Assembly (NCBI GenBank): GCA_035583565.1
Contig: DATEUR010000005.1
Span: 1 to 47,887, forward strand
Source of the DNA: Minisyncoccota bacterium
GTDB taxonomy: Bacteria; Patescibacteriota; Minisyncoccia; Phycocordibacterales; DATEUR01
DNA: 47,887 bases
Direction: 5' to 3'
Position 1 is the first letter of the stretch. The number at the start of each line of letters is the position of its first letter. A program made the translations under genes and the position numbers. Below, piece by piece: positions 34,764 to 41,286 of this stretch. Under the pieces are notes generated by a model, which saw nothing but the letters and a program-made list of their open reading frames with translations, was not told where the DNA came from and made no database searches.

Positions 34764-34779
34764 GCAAGGGTATAAGGTA
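34764..34779. repeat. Solo copy of the aaggtaYctgacccct motif seen in the 12-kb palindromic insert
   Basis: aaggtatctgacccct here versus aaggtacctgacccct at 12089-12104, a single difference. Lies 13 nt downstream of the smc stop. Confidence 0.5.
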
Positions 34780-34791
34780 TCTGACCCCTAT

Positions 34792-36948
34792 TTATTTCGC
34801 AATCGCCACCGCTTCATCGATTTTGACCGATAGTAGCCGGGAGGCGCCTTCAGTCATCATCACGCCATAAAGAATATTGGCCCGGATCATCGTTTCGCGA
34901 TTATGGGTTACCACCACCAATTGGGAAGATTTGGCGAGCCGTTCGAGCATGTCGCCGTATTTCTTGGAATTGGCTTCATCAAGCGCGGCGTCAGTTTCAT
35001 CAAGAACAAGAAACGGCGGCGGATTGACCGCGCTCATGGCAAACAAAAGCGCGATTGAAACAAGCGAGCGTTCGCCGCCCGAAAGGGCGTGAAGATCGCG
35101 GGTCTTTTTATGCGGCAGACGAATGTTTATTTCAACCCCTTTTTTCCCTTCCCCTTCTTCGTCTTCTTTTTTTTCTTCTTTGACTGCGACGAGCTTCGCT
35201 TCGCCACCGCCGAAAATAACGCTAAAAAATTCCAAAAATTTTTCACTGATTTTTTTAAGACCGGCCATGAACTCCTCCTCGATTTGCTCGCGAGTCCGAT
35301 CCATCACCGAAAGAAGATCCTTGGTGCTTTTTTTGAGATCTTCAATTTCATGGATTAAAAATTCTTCACGTTTGCTTAATTCCTCGTATTCTTTGAAAAC
35401 CTCCGGCGCGCCTCCGCCGAGATCTTCGAGCTTTATTTTTAAACGCTCGATTTGCCGGCGGCGATCTTCTTGAACAGAGCGAGGGGCGGTATTTTTTTCA
35501 AAATGAACTTCACCGAGAACGGCCTTAACCTCTTTAATATCTTCAGCCAGTGAATTCTGGTTTTGACTGTTTGTTCCTTCTTTGAGATTGATAATTTGGA
35601 GACCGCTTTCAAATTCGCGCTTTTTCATAAGCGACTCAAATTGCTTTTTTTCTTGTTCCCGCAAAAGAACCTCTTTGGTTTTGTGTTCTTCTTCCAAACG
35701 GCGGATTTTTTCCCGATGTTTTGATTCTTTGGCTTCAATTTCATTAATTTCGGCGGAAATTTTTTGTTTTGACTGCTTGATTTGATTGATCTCTTCAGTC
35801 AAAAGCTCGCGATCTTTCTTGGTGTCAAACTGGATGAGAAAATTCTTGGTTTCTTCCCGGATTTTTGCAAGGGTGCCGGTTATTTCCGGCAAACTGCGGC
35901 CATTTTCAAGCGCCCAATTAAGATACCCGGTGAGATCGGCTAAAAATTTGCGAAGTTCCGTTAAGCTAACCGAGGTGATTTTGCTGCCTTCGCTCGTAAG
36001 GGTTGATTCCTTTACTTCAATCATTCCTTCGAGCCGGCCGAGATGCTGTTTTAGATTTTCCTTGATTTGAGTGATCTCAAGAAGGATTGAGGTTTCTTCC
36101 TTGATTTTAGCATCCTCCGGGAAAGACGCCGCCTCAACTTTTGAAACAATTGTTTTTTCAATAAAGACAAGTTCTTTTTCCAAGCCTTTTTTCTCCTTTT
36201 GGATCGCCTCTTTTTCTTCAAGAAGATAAGCTGATTCGGCACCAAAGTAGCTCTCGGCTAAAATTTTAAGATCTTGTTTAAATTTCTCCCGTTCTTCGAT
36301 TTTTTCGACTTGCTTCTTTAGAAATTTCAGGTGCGGGCTGATCTCGCGGCGCAATAATTCGGTTTCTCTAAGATTTTCTTCCGTTTTTTTAAGTTTCCGC
36401 TCGCTTTCTTTCAGGCGATATTGATAAACCCGGAGACCGAGCGCATCTTCAATCATTTCTCGAGTCATTGGCGGCGGCACTGAAAGGATGCGGTCGGCTT
36501 CACCTTGAGAAATGATGTTATGAGCAGAACTGCCAAGGCCAACACTGGCCAGAAGTTCATGAATATCTTTCAGCCGAACTTCACTACTATTGATCGAGTA
36601 AGTATTAATGCCGTCTTGATACGCTTCGCGAGCAACGATAATTTCGTCAAAATCAAGATTGATGTTTTCCGCTAATTTAAAATTGCGTTTTTTGTTATCA
36701 AAATAGATCGCTACTTTCGCCCGCCGCAGAGGCAAAGAGTTTTTGCCACCTTTGAAAATAAGATCAGCGCCGGATTTCCCTCGAAGCAATTTCATTGACT
36801 GCTCGCCAAGAACAAAACGCATCGCTTCAACGACATTCGATTTACCGCTACCATTAGGACCAACAATAGCAACAATAGACGCCGGGAAATTAAGAGTTGT
36901 TTTATTGGCAAAAGATTTAAAACCGCTGATTTCGAGTTTCTTTAACAT
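34792..36948 (-). CDS. smc: SMC-family chromosome segregation ATPase, unusually short (718 aa) with no recognisable hinge
   Basis: N-terminal head MLKKLEISGFKSFANKTTLNFPASIVAIVGPNGSGKSNVVEAMRFVLGEQS. C-terminal head LSGGERSLVSIALLFAM...FLVLDETDAALD...VVVTHN. I prefer the ATG at 36948, 2 nt after the rnc stop, over the TTG at 36960. Confidence 0.85.
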   Translation of the reverse strand: MLKKLEISGFKSFANKTTLNFPASIVAIVGPNGSGKSNVVEAMRFVLGEQSMKLLRGKSGADLIFKGGKNSLPLRRAKVAIYFDNKKRNFKLAENINLDFDEIIVAREAYQDGINTYSINSSEVRLKDIHELLASVGLGSSAHNIISQGEADRILSVPPPMTREMIEDALGLRVYQYRLKESERKLKKTEENLRETELLRREISPHLKFLKKQVEKIEEREKFKQDLKILAESYFGAESAYLLEEKEAIQKEKKGLEKELVFIEKTIVSKVEAASFPEDAKIKEETSILLEITQIKENLKQHLGRLEGMIEVKESTLTSEGSKITSVSLTELRKFLADLTGYLNWALENGRSLPEITGTLAKIREETKNFLIQFDTKKDRELLTEEINQIKQSKQKISAEINEIEAKESKHREKIRRLEEEHKTKEVLLREQEKKQFESLMKKREFESGLQIINLKEGTNSQNQNSLAEDIKEVKAVLGEVHFEKNTAPRSVQEDRRRQIERLKIKLEDLGGGAPEVFKEYEELSKREEFLIHEIEDLKKSTKDLLSVMDRTREQIEEEFMAGLKKISEKFLEFFSVIFGGGEAKLVAVKEEKKEDEEGEGKKGVEINIRLPHKKTRDLHALSGGERSLVSIALLFAMSAVNPPPFLVLDETDAALDEANSKKYGDMLERLAKSSQLVVVTHNRETMIRANILYGVMMTEGASRLLSVKIDEAVAIAK

Positions 36949-36950
36949 AA

Positions 36951-37643
36951 TTATCGCCAATGATTGAGTTCGATCGCCCGAAGAGCCGCCGCCGTTTCCG
37001 CTTCTTGTTTGGATCGGCCCTGCCCTTCGGCGACAAGCGTCTCGCCAAAATAAATCCCGGAGATGAAAATTTTGTTGTGATCAGGTCCTGATTCCCGAAG
37101 CACTTTGTAAGCCGGTGTGACCCCGAAATGCTCTTGTGCCATTTCCTGGACAAAACTCTTTGGATCGCGCCAGAGGCCTTTGGTCACCACATCATCGAGG
37201 CGCGGCAAAACAAACTCTGTGACAAATTTTTCGGCCACCGTATAACCACTATCAAGGTGAATGGCGCCAATGAGCGATTCAACCGTATTAGCCAGAATAT
37301 ATTGCCGCGCTTTGCCGATATCTTTGGTCTCACCGCGGGAAAGAAGCAAAAATTCACTAAAGCCGAGTTCTTTGCCAACTTCCGAAAGCACGATGGCGTT
37401 GACAACGCCGGCCCGATAAGCCGTCAATTCACCCTCTTGTTTATCAGGGTATTTTTTATATAAAAAATCGGTGACGATAAGCTCGAGGACGGCGTCTCCT
37501 AAAAACTCAAGCCGTTCATTATGAGCCAGTCGAAAACCGGGATTTTCATTAAGATAAGACCGGTGAACAAAGGCCTGAAGCAGGAGGTCTTTGTTTTTGA
37601 AGCTAATGCCAATTTTTGACTCTAATTTTTTTAAATCCGCCAT
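36951..37643 (-). CDS. rnc: Ribonuclease III
   Basis: MADLKKLESKIGISFKNKDLLLQAFVHRSY...NERLEFLGDAVLELIV (RNase III signature) plus a C-terminal dsRBD (...GRSKQEAETAAA). The start is set at ATG 37643; the track's GTG 37694 lies inside the RNA motif. Confidence 0.92.
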   Translation of the reverse strand: MADLKKLESKIGISFKNKDLLLQAFVHRSYLNENPGFRLAHNERLEFLGDAVLELIVTDFLYKKYPDKQEGELTAYRAGVVNAIVLSEVGKELGFSEFLLLSRGETKDIGKARQYILANTVESLIGAIHLDSGYTVAEKFVTEFVLPRLDDVVTKGLWRDPKSFVQEMAQEHFGVTPAYKVLRESGPDHNKIFISGIYFGETLVAEGQGRSKQEAETAAALRAIELNHWR

Positions 37644-37670
37644 TTTTTTTAGAATTACGGAAATAATAGC

Positions 37671-37754
37671 GGCAAAACACGTTTCGCCGGGCACGAATAT
37701 TTGCCTACTGGCAAATTTCTCCCGCTCAGGCCGTCGCCCTCCGCGAGTCCCGGC
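37671..37754 (-). ncRNA. Unclassified structured RNA motif, copy B (69-nt three-way junction plus 3' hairpin)
   Basis: P1 GCCGGG/CCCGGC; P2 CUCGC/GCGGG enclosing P3 GGGC-GACG-GCCU; P4 AUUUGCC-AGUA-GGCAAAU; P5 GGCGAAA-CGUG-UUUUGCC. Lies 28 nt upstream of the rnc ATG. Covaries with copy A at 5978..6062. Confidence 0.55.
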
Positions 37755-37801
37755 TCAACATATTTTGCCGCTTTATGTAGAAACATATTTTCGTAATTAA
37801 T

Positions 37802-38704
37802 TTAACCGGTAATAATTTTTATACCTTTCATGATAATCGGCAAAATGTCGTCATAAATTTTAAGATCAGCAATCTCGTCGAAGGTAAACCATCTCGCGTT
37901 ATCAAGACCTCCGCTTGAGGCCAATTTTAATTCAGCAAGAGGTGTTTCCGCTAAGAAATACATTACCCGTTTGCGAATTTTTCCTTTTTCCGGATGATTA
38001 GCCACGTATTCGTTTTCTCCGAGTTTTTCCCGGATCATAATCTCAAGGCCGAGTTCTTTCTTGATCTCGCGCGCGGTGCAGGCTTCTTCGGTCGGACAAT
38101 CGGAAGTTTCCTCAATGCCGCCTTTAGAGAGCGTCCAGTAGCCGAAGATGTCGTGGACAAGCGCCAATTTTATTTCCTTGCCGTTCCTCGCAAAAATCAC
38201 CGCGCCGCCAAGCTTCTCCACCGGCAATTTGGAGAAATCAACCGGCTCTTTCTTTTTGCTCATTTGTTCTTTGCCCGGTTCGCCGATTTCCCGGTAAACA
38301 GCGCCGAGAACGCCGTTTATGAATTTGCCGCTGTTTTCACCACCAAAATTTTTAGCCAGCTCAATCGCTTCATTAATCGCCACTTTCGGCGGGACCTGGG
38401 TCCGATCGCCAAACAATAGCTCCGCCAACCCTAAACGAAGAACATTCCGATCAACAGCCGAGATTTTTTCAAGCGGCCATTCCGGCGCCGCTTTAGTGAT
38501 AATTTGATCAATAACTTCTTTATTTTTGATGACAAGACCAATAAGGTCGCGGATGAATTTGGAGCTTTCTTCTTCAAGGCCCGGCGCGAATTCTTTTTCA
38601 TTGCGGGCAATTATTGGTTCAATATCGCTTTGTTTAAGCGCGCGGAAATCCCACTCGAAGAGGGTTTGCAGCACAATTGACCTTGCAAGATGACGAGTTG
38701 CCAT
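37802..38704 (-). CDS. nusB: NusB antitermination factor fused to a C-terminal Nudix-like domain
   Basis: Residues 1-~140 are NusB-like (MATRHLARSIVLQTLFEWDF..., DRNVLRLGLAELLF, INEAIELAK). Residues ~165-300 are Nudix-like (GGAVIF...WTLSKGGIEE...AREIKKELGLEI), with a degenerate Nudix box. Confidence 0.75.
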   Translation of the reverse strand: MATRHLARSIVLQTLFEWDFRALKQSDIEPIIARNEKEFAPGLEEESSKFIRDLIGLVIKNKEVIDQIITKAAPEWPLEKISAVDRNVLRLGLAELLFGDRTQVPPKVAINEAIELAKNFGGENSGKFINGVLGAVYREIGEPGKEQMSKKKEPVDFSKLPVEKLGGAVIFARNGKEIKLALVHDIFGYWTLSKGGIEETSDCPTEEACTAREIKKELGLEIMIREKLGENEYVANHPEKGKIRKRVMYFLAETPLAELKLASSGGLDNARWFTFDEIADLKIYDDILPIIMKGIKIITG

Positions 38705-38740
38705 ATTGATTAAAGAACAAATTATTAATTAATTTTTAAT

Positions 38741-38974
38741 TTACTTTGTTGTTTTAGCGCTCTTTTTCTCCTTTTCTTTGCCTTTTTCTTTTTTGCCAAC
38801 CGGACTGATTTCAAGCACTTTTCGGCCACGGTAGTAGCCGCAGGTTTTGCAAACGGTGTGCGGCATGTTTTTAGCGCTGCAATTGGCACATGTTGAAAGA
38901 AAGGCCGCCTTAAGAGCATGGTGGCTCCGGCGGTTTCGGGTATGAGCTCGGGTATGTCGCATTCTGACTACCAT
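38741..38974 (-). CDS. rpmF: 50S ribosomal protein L32 (zinc-ribbon form) with a Lys-rich tail
   Basis: MVVRMRHTRAHTRNRRSHHALK...CANCSAKNMPHTVCKTCGYYRGRKV. Confidence 0.9.
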   Translation of the reverse strand: MVVRMRHTRAHTRNRRSHHALKAAFLSTCANCSAKNMPHTVCKTCGYYRGRKVLEISPVGKKEKGKEKEKKSAKTTK

Positions 38975-39011
38975 AGTATCTTTATCCTAAGCCAATTTCG
39001 GCAAAAAAGCA

Positions 39012-39039
39012 AATAAAAAACCCCTGCGGTTTGCAGGGG
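39012..39039 (-). terminator. Intrinsic terminator after lipoprotein gene A
   Basis: The minus strand forms CCCCUGC-aaacc-GCAGGGG followed by UUUUUUAUUU. Confidence 0.7.
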
Positions 39040-39055
39040 CTTGGGAGAAATCAAT

Positions 39056-39763
39056 CTAATCCTCATCAAATTTCGGTTCTTTTCGTTTAGGCGGTGATTC
39101 CTCTTTTTTCGGCTCTTCTTTTTTGAGCTCAAGGTGAGCCGGCTGAGAAATACTATCCGTTTTCGGTTTGTCTACCTTTTCTGGCGATAACTCTTCCTTT
39201 TTGGGCTCTTCTTTCATGGGCTCTTCTTTTTTCGCCAGCGCTTCTTCTTTTTTCGCCTTCTTTGCTTCTTTTTTCTCAAAACTTGAAGAGGTCCCTAATG
39301 TTTTTTTCTGAAACATCGATGCCCGGAAAAGGTCAATGTCAATCAGGCACTTATCCAATTCTTTCTGCAAAGAATCTTTAAGGACTTCCAGTGATTTATT
39401 TTTCACTGAAAGCTCTGCAATCACCTGATAAGCATTGACGGAATCAGCTAGAATTTTCTTTTGCCGTTTCTGCCAGGATTGTCTTTCTTTCAAAAGAGAA
39501 TCCCTCGTCACAAAGGCGTCGGCACATTTAATGGCAAGATTGTCGTACTTTTTAATCTTCTCAAGGTCTTTGTCACTCGGGGCGCCGGTAACACGATTTT
39601 CAAGTGTGGCGTTTAAGTCCTTGAGGTTTGTATTTTCTTTCGCCAACCTTGCATTGGCGGTTTCAAGATCCTTGCAGTGCTTTGATTTGAGATTTGATTC
39701 GAGAATCGAGCAGGAAGGAAGCCAGATGGCTGAAATTGCCAATAAAAAGAATGGTTTTTTCAT
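39056..39763 (-). CDS. Coiled-coil lipoprotein with a K/E-rich tail (paralog of the N-terminal half of the M23 lipoprotein)
   Basis: 235 aa with lipobox LPSC. Aligns with the 39907..41172 product over ~140 aa (e.g. KERQSWQKRQKKILADSVN vs KERQVWQERHKRILADSVN). It has no peptidase domain. Confidence 0.7.
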   Translation of the reverse strand: MKKPFFLLAISAIWLPSCSILESNLKSKHCKDLETANARLAKENTNLKDLNATLENRVTGAPSDKDLEKIKKYDNLAIKCADAFVTRDSLLKERQSWQKRQKKILADSVNAYQVIAELSVKNKSLEVLKDSLQKELDKCLIDIDLFRASMFQKKTLGTSSSFEKKEAKKAKKEEALAKKEEPMKEEPKKEELSPEKVDKPKTDSISQPAHLELKKEEPKKEESPPKRKEPKFDED

Positions 39764-39772
39764 TTCGGTATG

Positions 39773-39824
39773 TTATTGGTTGATTTTGAAAAACAAGTTT
39801 GACTTCTTGCAGTTTACATTAAAA
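39773..39824. repeat. 52-nt leader/promoter repeat, copy 1
   Basis: ttattggttgattttgaaaaacaagtttgacttcttgcagtttacattaaaa, identical to 41184..41235. Confidence 0.95.
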
Positions 39825-39839
39825 ATTAAGGGGAGTCAA
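39811..39839 (-). promoter_or_regulatory. Promoter of lipoprotein gene A
   Basis: The minus strand reads TTGACT (39839-39834), a 17-nt spacer, then TAAACT (39816-39811). The same hexamers and spacing occur at 41222..41250. Confidence 0.55.
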
Positions 39840-39864
39840 GGGTTAAGATTAAAAATTGACAAGT

Positions 39865-39894
39865 ATAAAAATACGGCGAGATTCAACTCGCCGT
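39865..39894 (-). terminator. Intrinsic terminator after the M23 lipoprotein gene
   Basis: The minus strand forms ACGGCGAG-uugaau-CUCGCCGU followed by AUUUUUAU. Confidence 0.7.
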
Positions 39895-39906
39895 AAATAT
39901 TGATTT

Positions 39907-41172
39907 TCATTTTTTATCTTGCGCCGCCTGCAGTAATTTGGTGACTGCTTCGCGCGACAGGTAATTTATTTTCATCTCCCCTTTTGATGGCACGATCACC
40001 TGGTTGACATCTAGATGGAGATGGCCGCTGTGACCTGGCTCTGAAGCATTGAGGCCGCTTTTTCCTACTTTCCCCAAATAATCCCCGGCCTGCACTGACT
40101 CGCCTGTTTTTACTTCAATTTCTGCTAGATGCGCATAACGGTAAAGCCGGTTAAGTTGGGGCGAGTAAATCATTATTGTATTACCGCCACGCAAAGACGA
40201 GGTACTCTCTGAATCAACCCGAGACCAGGAATTTTCCGACAACACTACAACTCCATCGCTTATAGAGGAAATTATTGCTCCTTCGGCCGCAAATAAATCT
40301 ACGGCATCTGGATGATTCTTTCCTTTGCCGAAATCTAGTTGTTCAAGCGGGGCTTTTTCTTCAACACTGAACTGACTTGTAGAAAAAGTGACCGGGAAAT
40401 GCTCGAAAAAATCTTGACTAAATTCCACTGGCAACTGCTTTAAGATTTTTTTAATCGTCTGACGCCCGATATTGTCTGCGTAACCTGCATTCCCTAATTT
40501 TTTCTTAAATTCTTCAGAGTAAAAGAGAGCAGAAACTAAATATGGATTCGACAAGGTCGCTTTGAAATTTTTTCCGCGGACAATAGTTGCGGCATGATTT
40601 TCCCAGTCAAGAAGATGAGCGTTTTCACCGGCCACTGTTTTTTTGCGGTTTATTTTTTTTGGCTTACTCTCTTTTGCTTTTGGGACTTTTTCTTTCACAA
40701 CCAAAGAAGCGGGGCTTGGTTTTTCTTCTTTCAAAAAGAATCCGCGATAAACCTCCACGTTGACAAGGCATGCATCAAGTTCTTCTTTCAAGGATTCGAT
40801 TTTGATTTCGAGCGCCTCATTTTTAAACGACAATTCTGCAAGAACTAAGAAAACATTGACTGAATCCGCGAGAATTCGCTTATGCCGTTCCTGCCAGACC
40901 TGTCTTTCTTTGATGAGCGAATCACGAGCGATAAAAGCACCGACACATGTGATAGCAAGTTGATTGTATTTTTCTATTTGCTCAACTTGTTTAGGGTCGA
41001 TGGCCGAATCGCGTTTTTGAAGGGCAGTATTTGCTTCTTTGAGCAATTTGTTTTCTTTTTGGAGTTTGGTTCTTTTTGATTCAAGATTCTTGGAATACTT
41101 CGATTGGAAAATTGGCGCACAGGAAGAAAGGAAAAAAGCAAAAATTGACAGGAAAAACAGGATTTTATTCAT
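39907..41172 (-). CDS. Lipoprotein with an N-terminal coiled coil and a C-terminal M23 (LytM-type) peptidase domain
   Basis: 421 aa with lipobox LSSC. The C-terminus ...YRYAHLAEIEVKTGESVQAGDYLGKVGKSG...GHLHLDV matches the M23 HxH/ H-x-x-x-D pattern. Confidence 0.8.
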   Translation of the reverse strand: MNKILFFLSIFAFFLSSCAPIFQSKYSKNLESKRTKLQKENKLLKEANTALQKRDSAIDPKQVEQIEKYNQLAITCVGAFIARDSLIKERQVWQERHKRILADSVNVFLVLAELSFKNEALEIKIESLKEELDACLVNVEVYRGFFLKEEKPSPASLVVKEKVPKAKESKPKKINRKKTVAGENAHLLDWENHAATIVRGKNFKATLSNPYLVSALFYSEEFKKKLGNAGYADNIGRQTIKKILKQLPVEFSQDFFEHFPVTFSTSQFSVEEKAPLEQLDFGKGKNHPDAVDLFAAEGAIISSISDGVVVLSENSWSRVDSESTSSLRGGNTIMIYSPQLNRLYRYAHLAEIEVKTGESVQAGDYLGKVGKSGLNASEPGHSGHLHLDVNQVIVPSKGEMKINYLSREAVTKLLQAAQDKK

Positions 41173-41183
41173 TAACTGTAATA

Positions 41184-41235
41184 TTATTGGTTGATTTTGA
41201 AAAACAAGTTTGACTTCTTGCAGTTTACATTAAAA
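41184..41235. repeat. 52-nt leader/promoter repeat, copy 2
   Basis: Identical to 39773..39824. Lies in the divergent spacer between the M23 lipoprotein gene and thrS. Confidence 0.95.
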
Positions 41236-41250
41236 CTGTTCAAAAGTCAA
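41222..41250 (-). promoter_or_regulatory. Promoter of the M23 lipoprotein gene
   Basis: The minus strand reads TTGACT (41250-41245), a 17-nt spacer, then TAAACT (41227-41222). Confidence 0.55.
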
Positions 41251-41286
41251 GAAGAGCATTTTCATTTTCGTGCTAAAATTTTCTTT

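Noticed and set aside
37644-37694. N-terminal extension of rnc from GTG 37694 (track ORF 36951..37694).
   Set aside because: The extension lies inside the structured RNA motif and adds a non-homologous hydrophobic peptide. The canonical RNase III N-terminus begins at ATG 37643.
39435-39896. 153-aa plus-strand ORF, and similar antisense ORFs such as 19450..19956, 25970..26371, 43656..44081, 46282..46746 and 47238..47735.
   Set aside because: All lie antisense to well-supported genes and have no recognisable motifs. They are typical shadow ORFs.
41191-41286. TTG start for thrS at 41191.
   Set aside because: The extra 32 codons are the 52-nt repeat/promoter region. ThrRS homology begins at the ATG at 41287.
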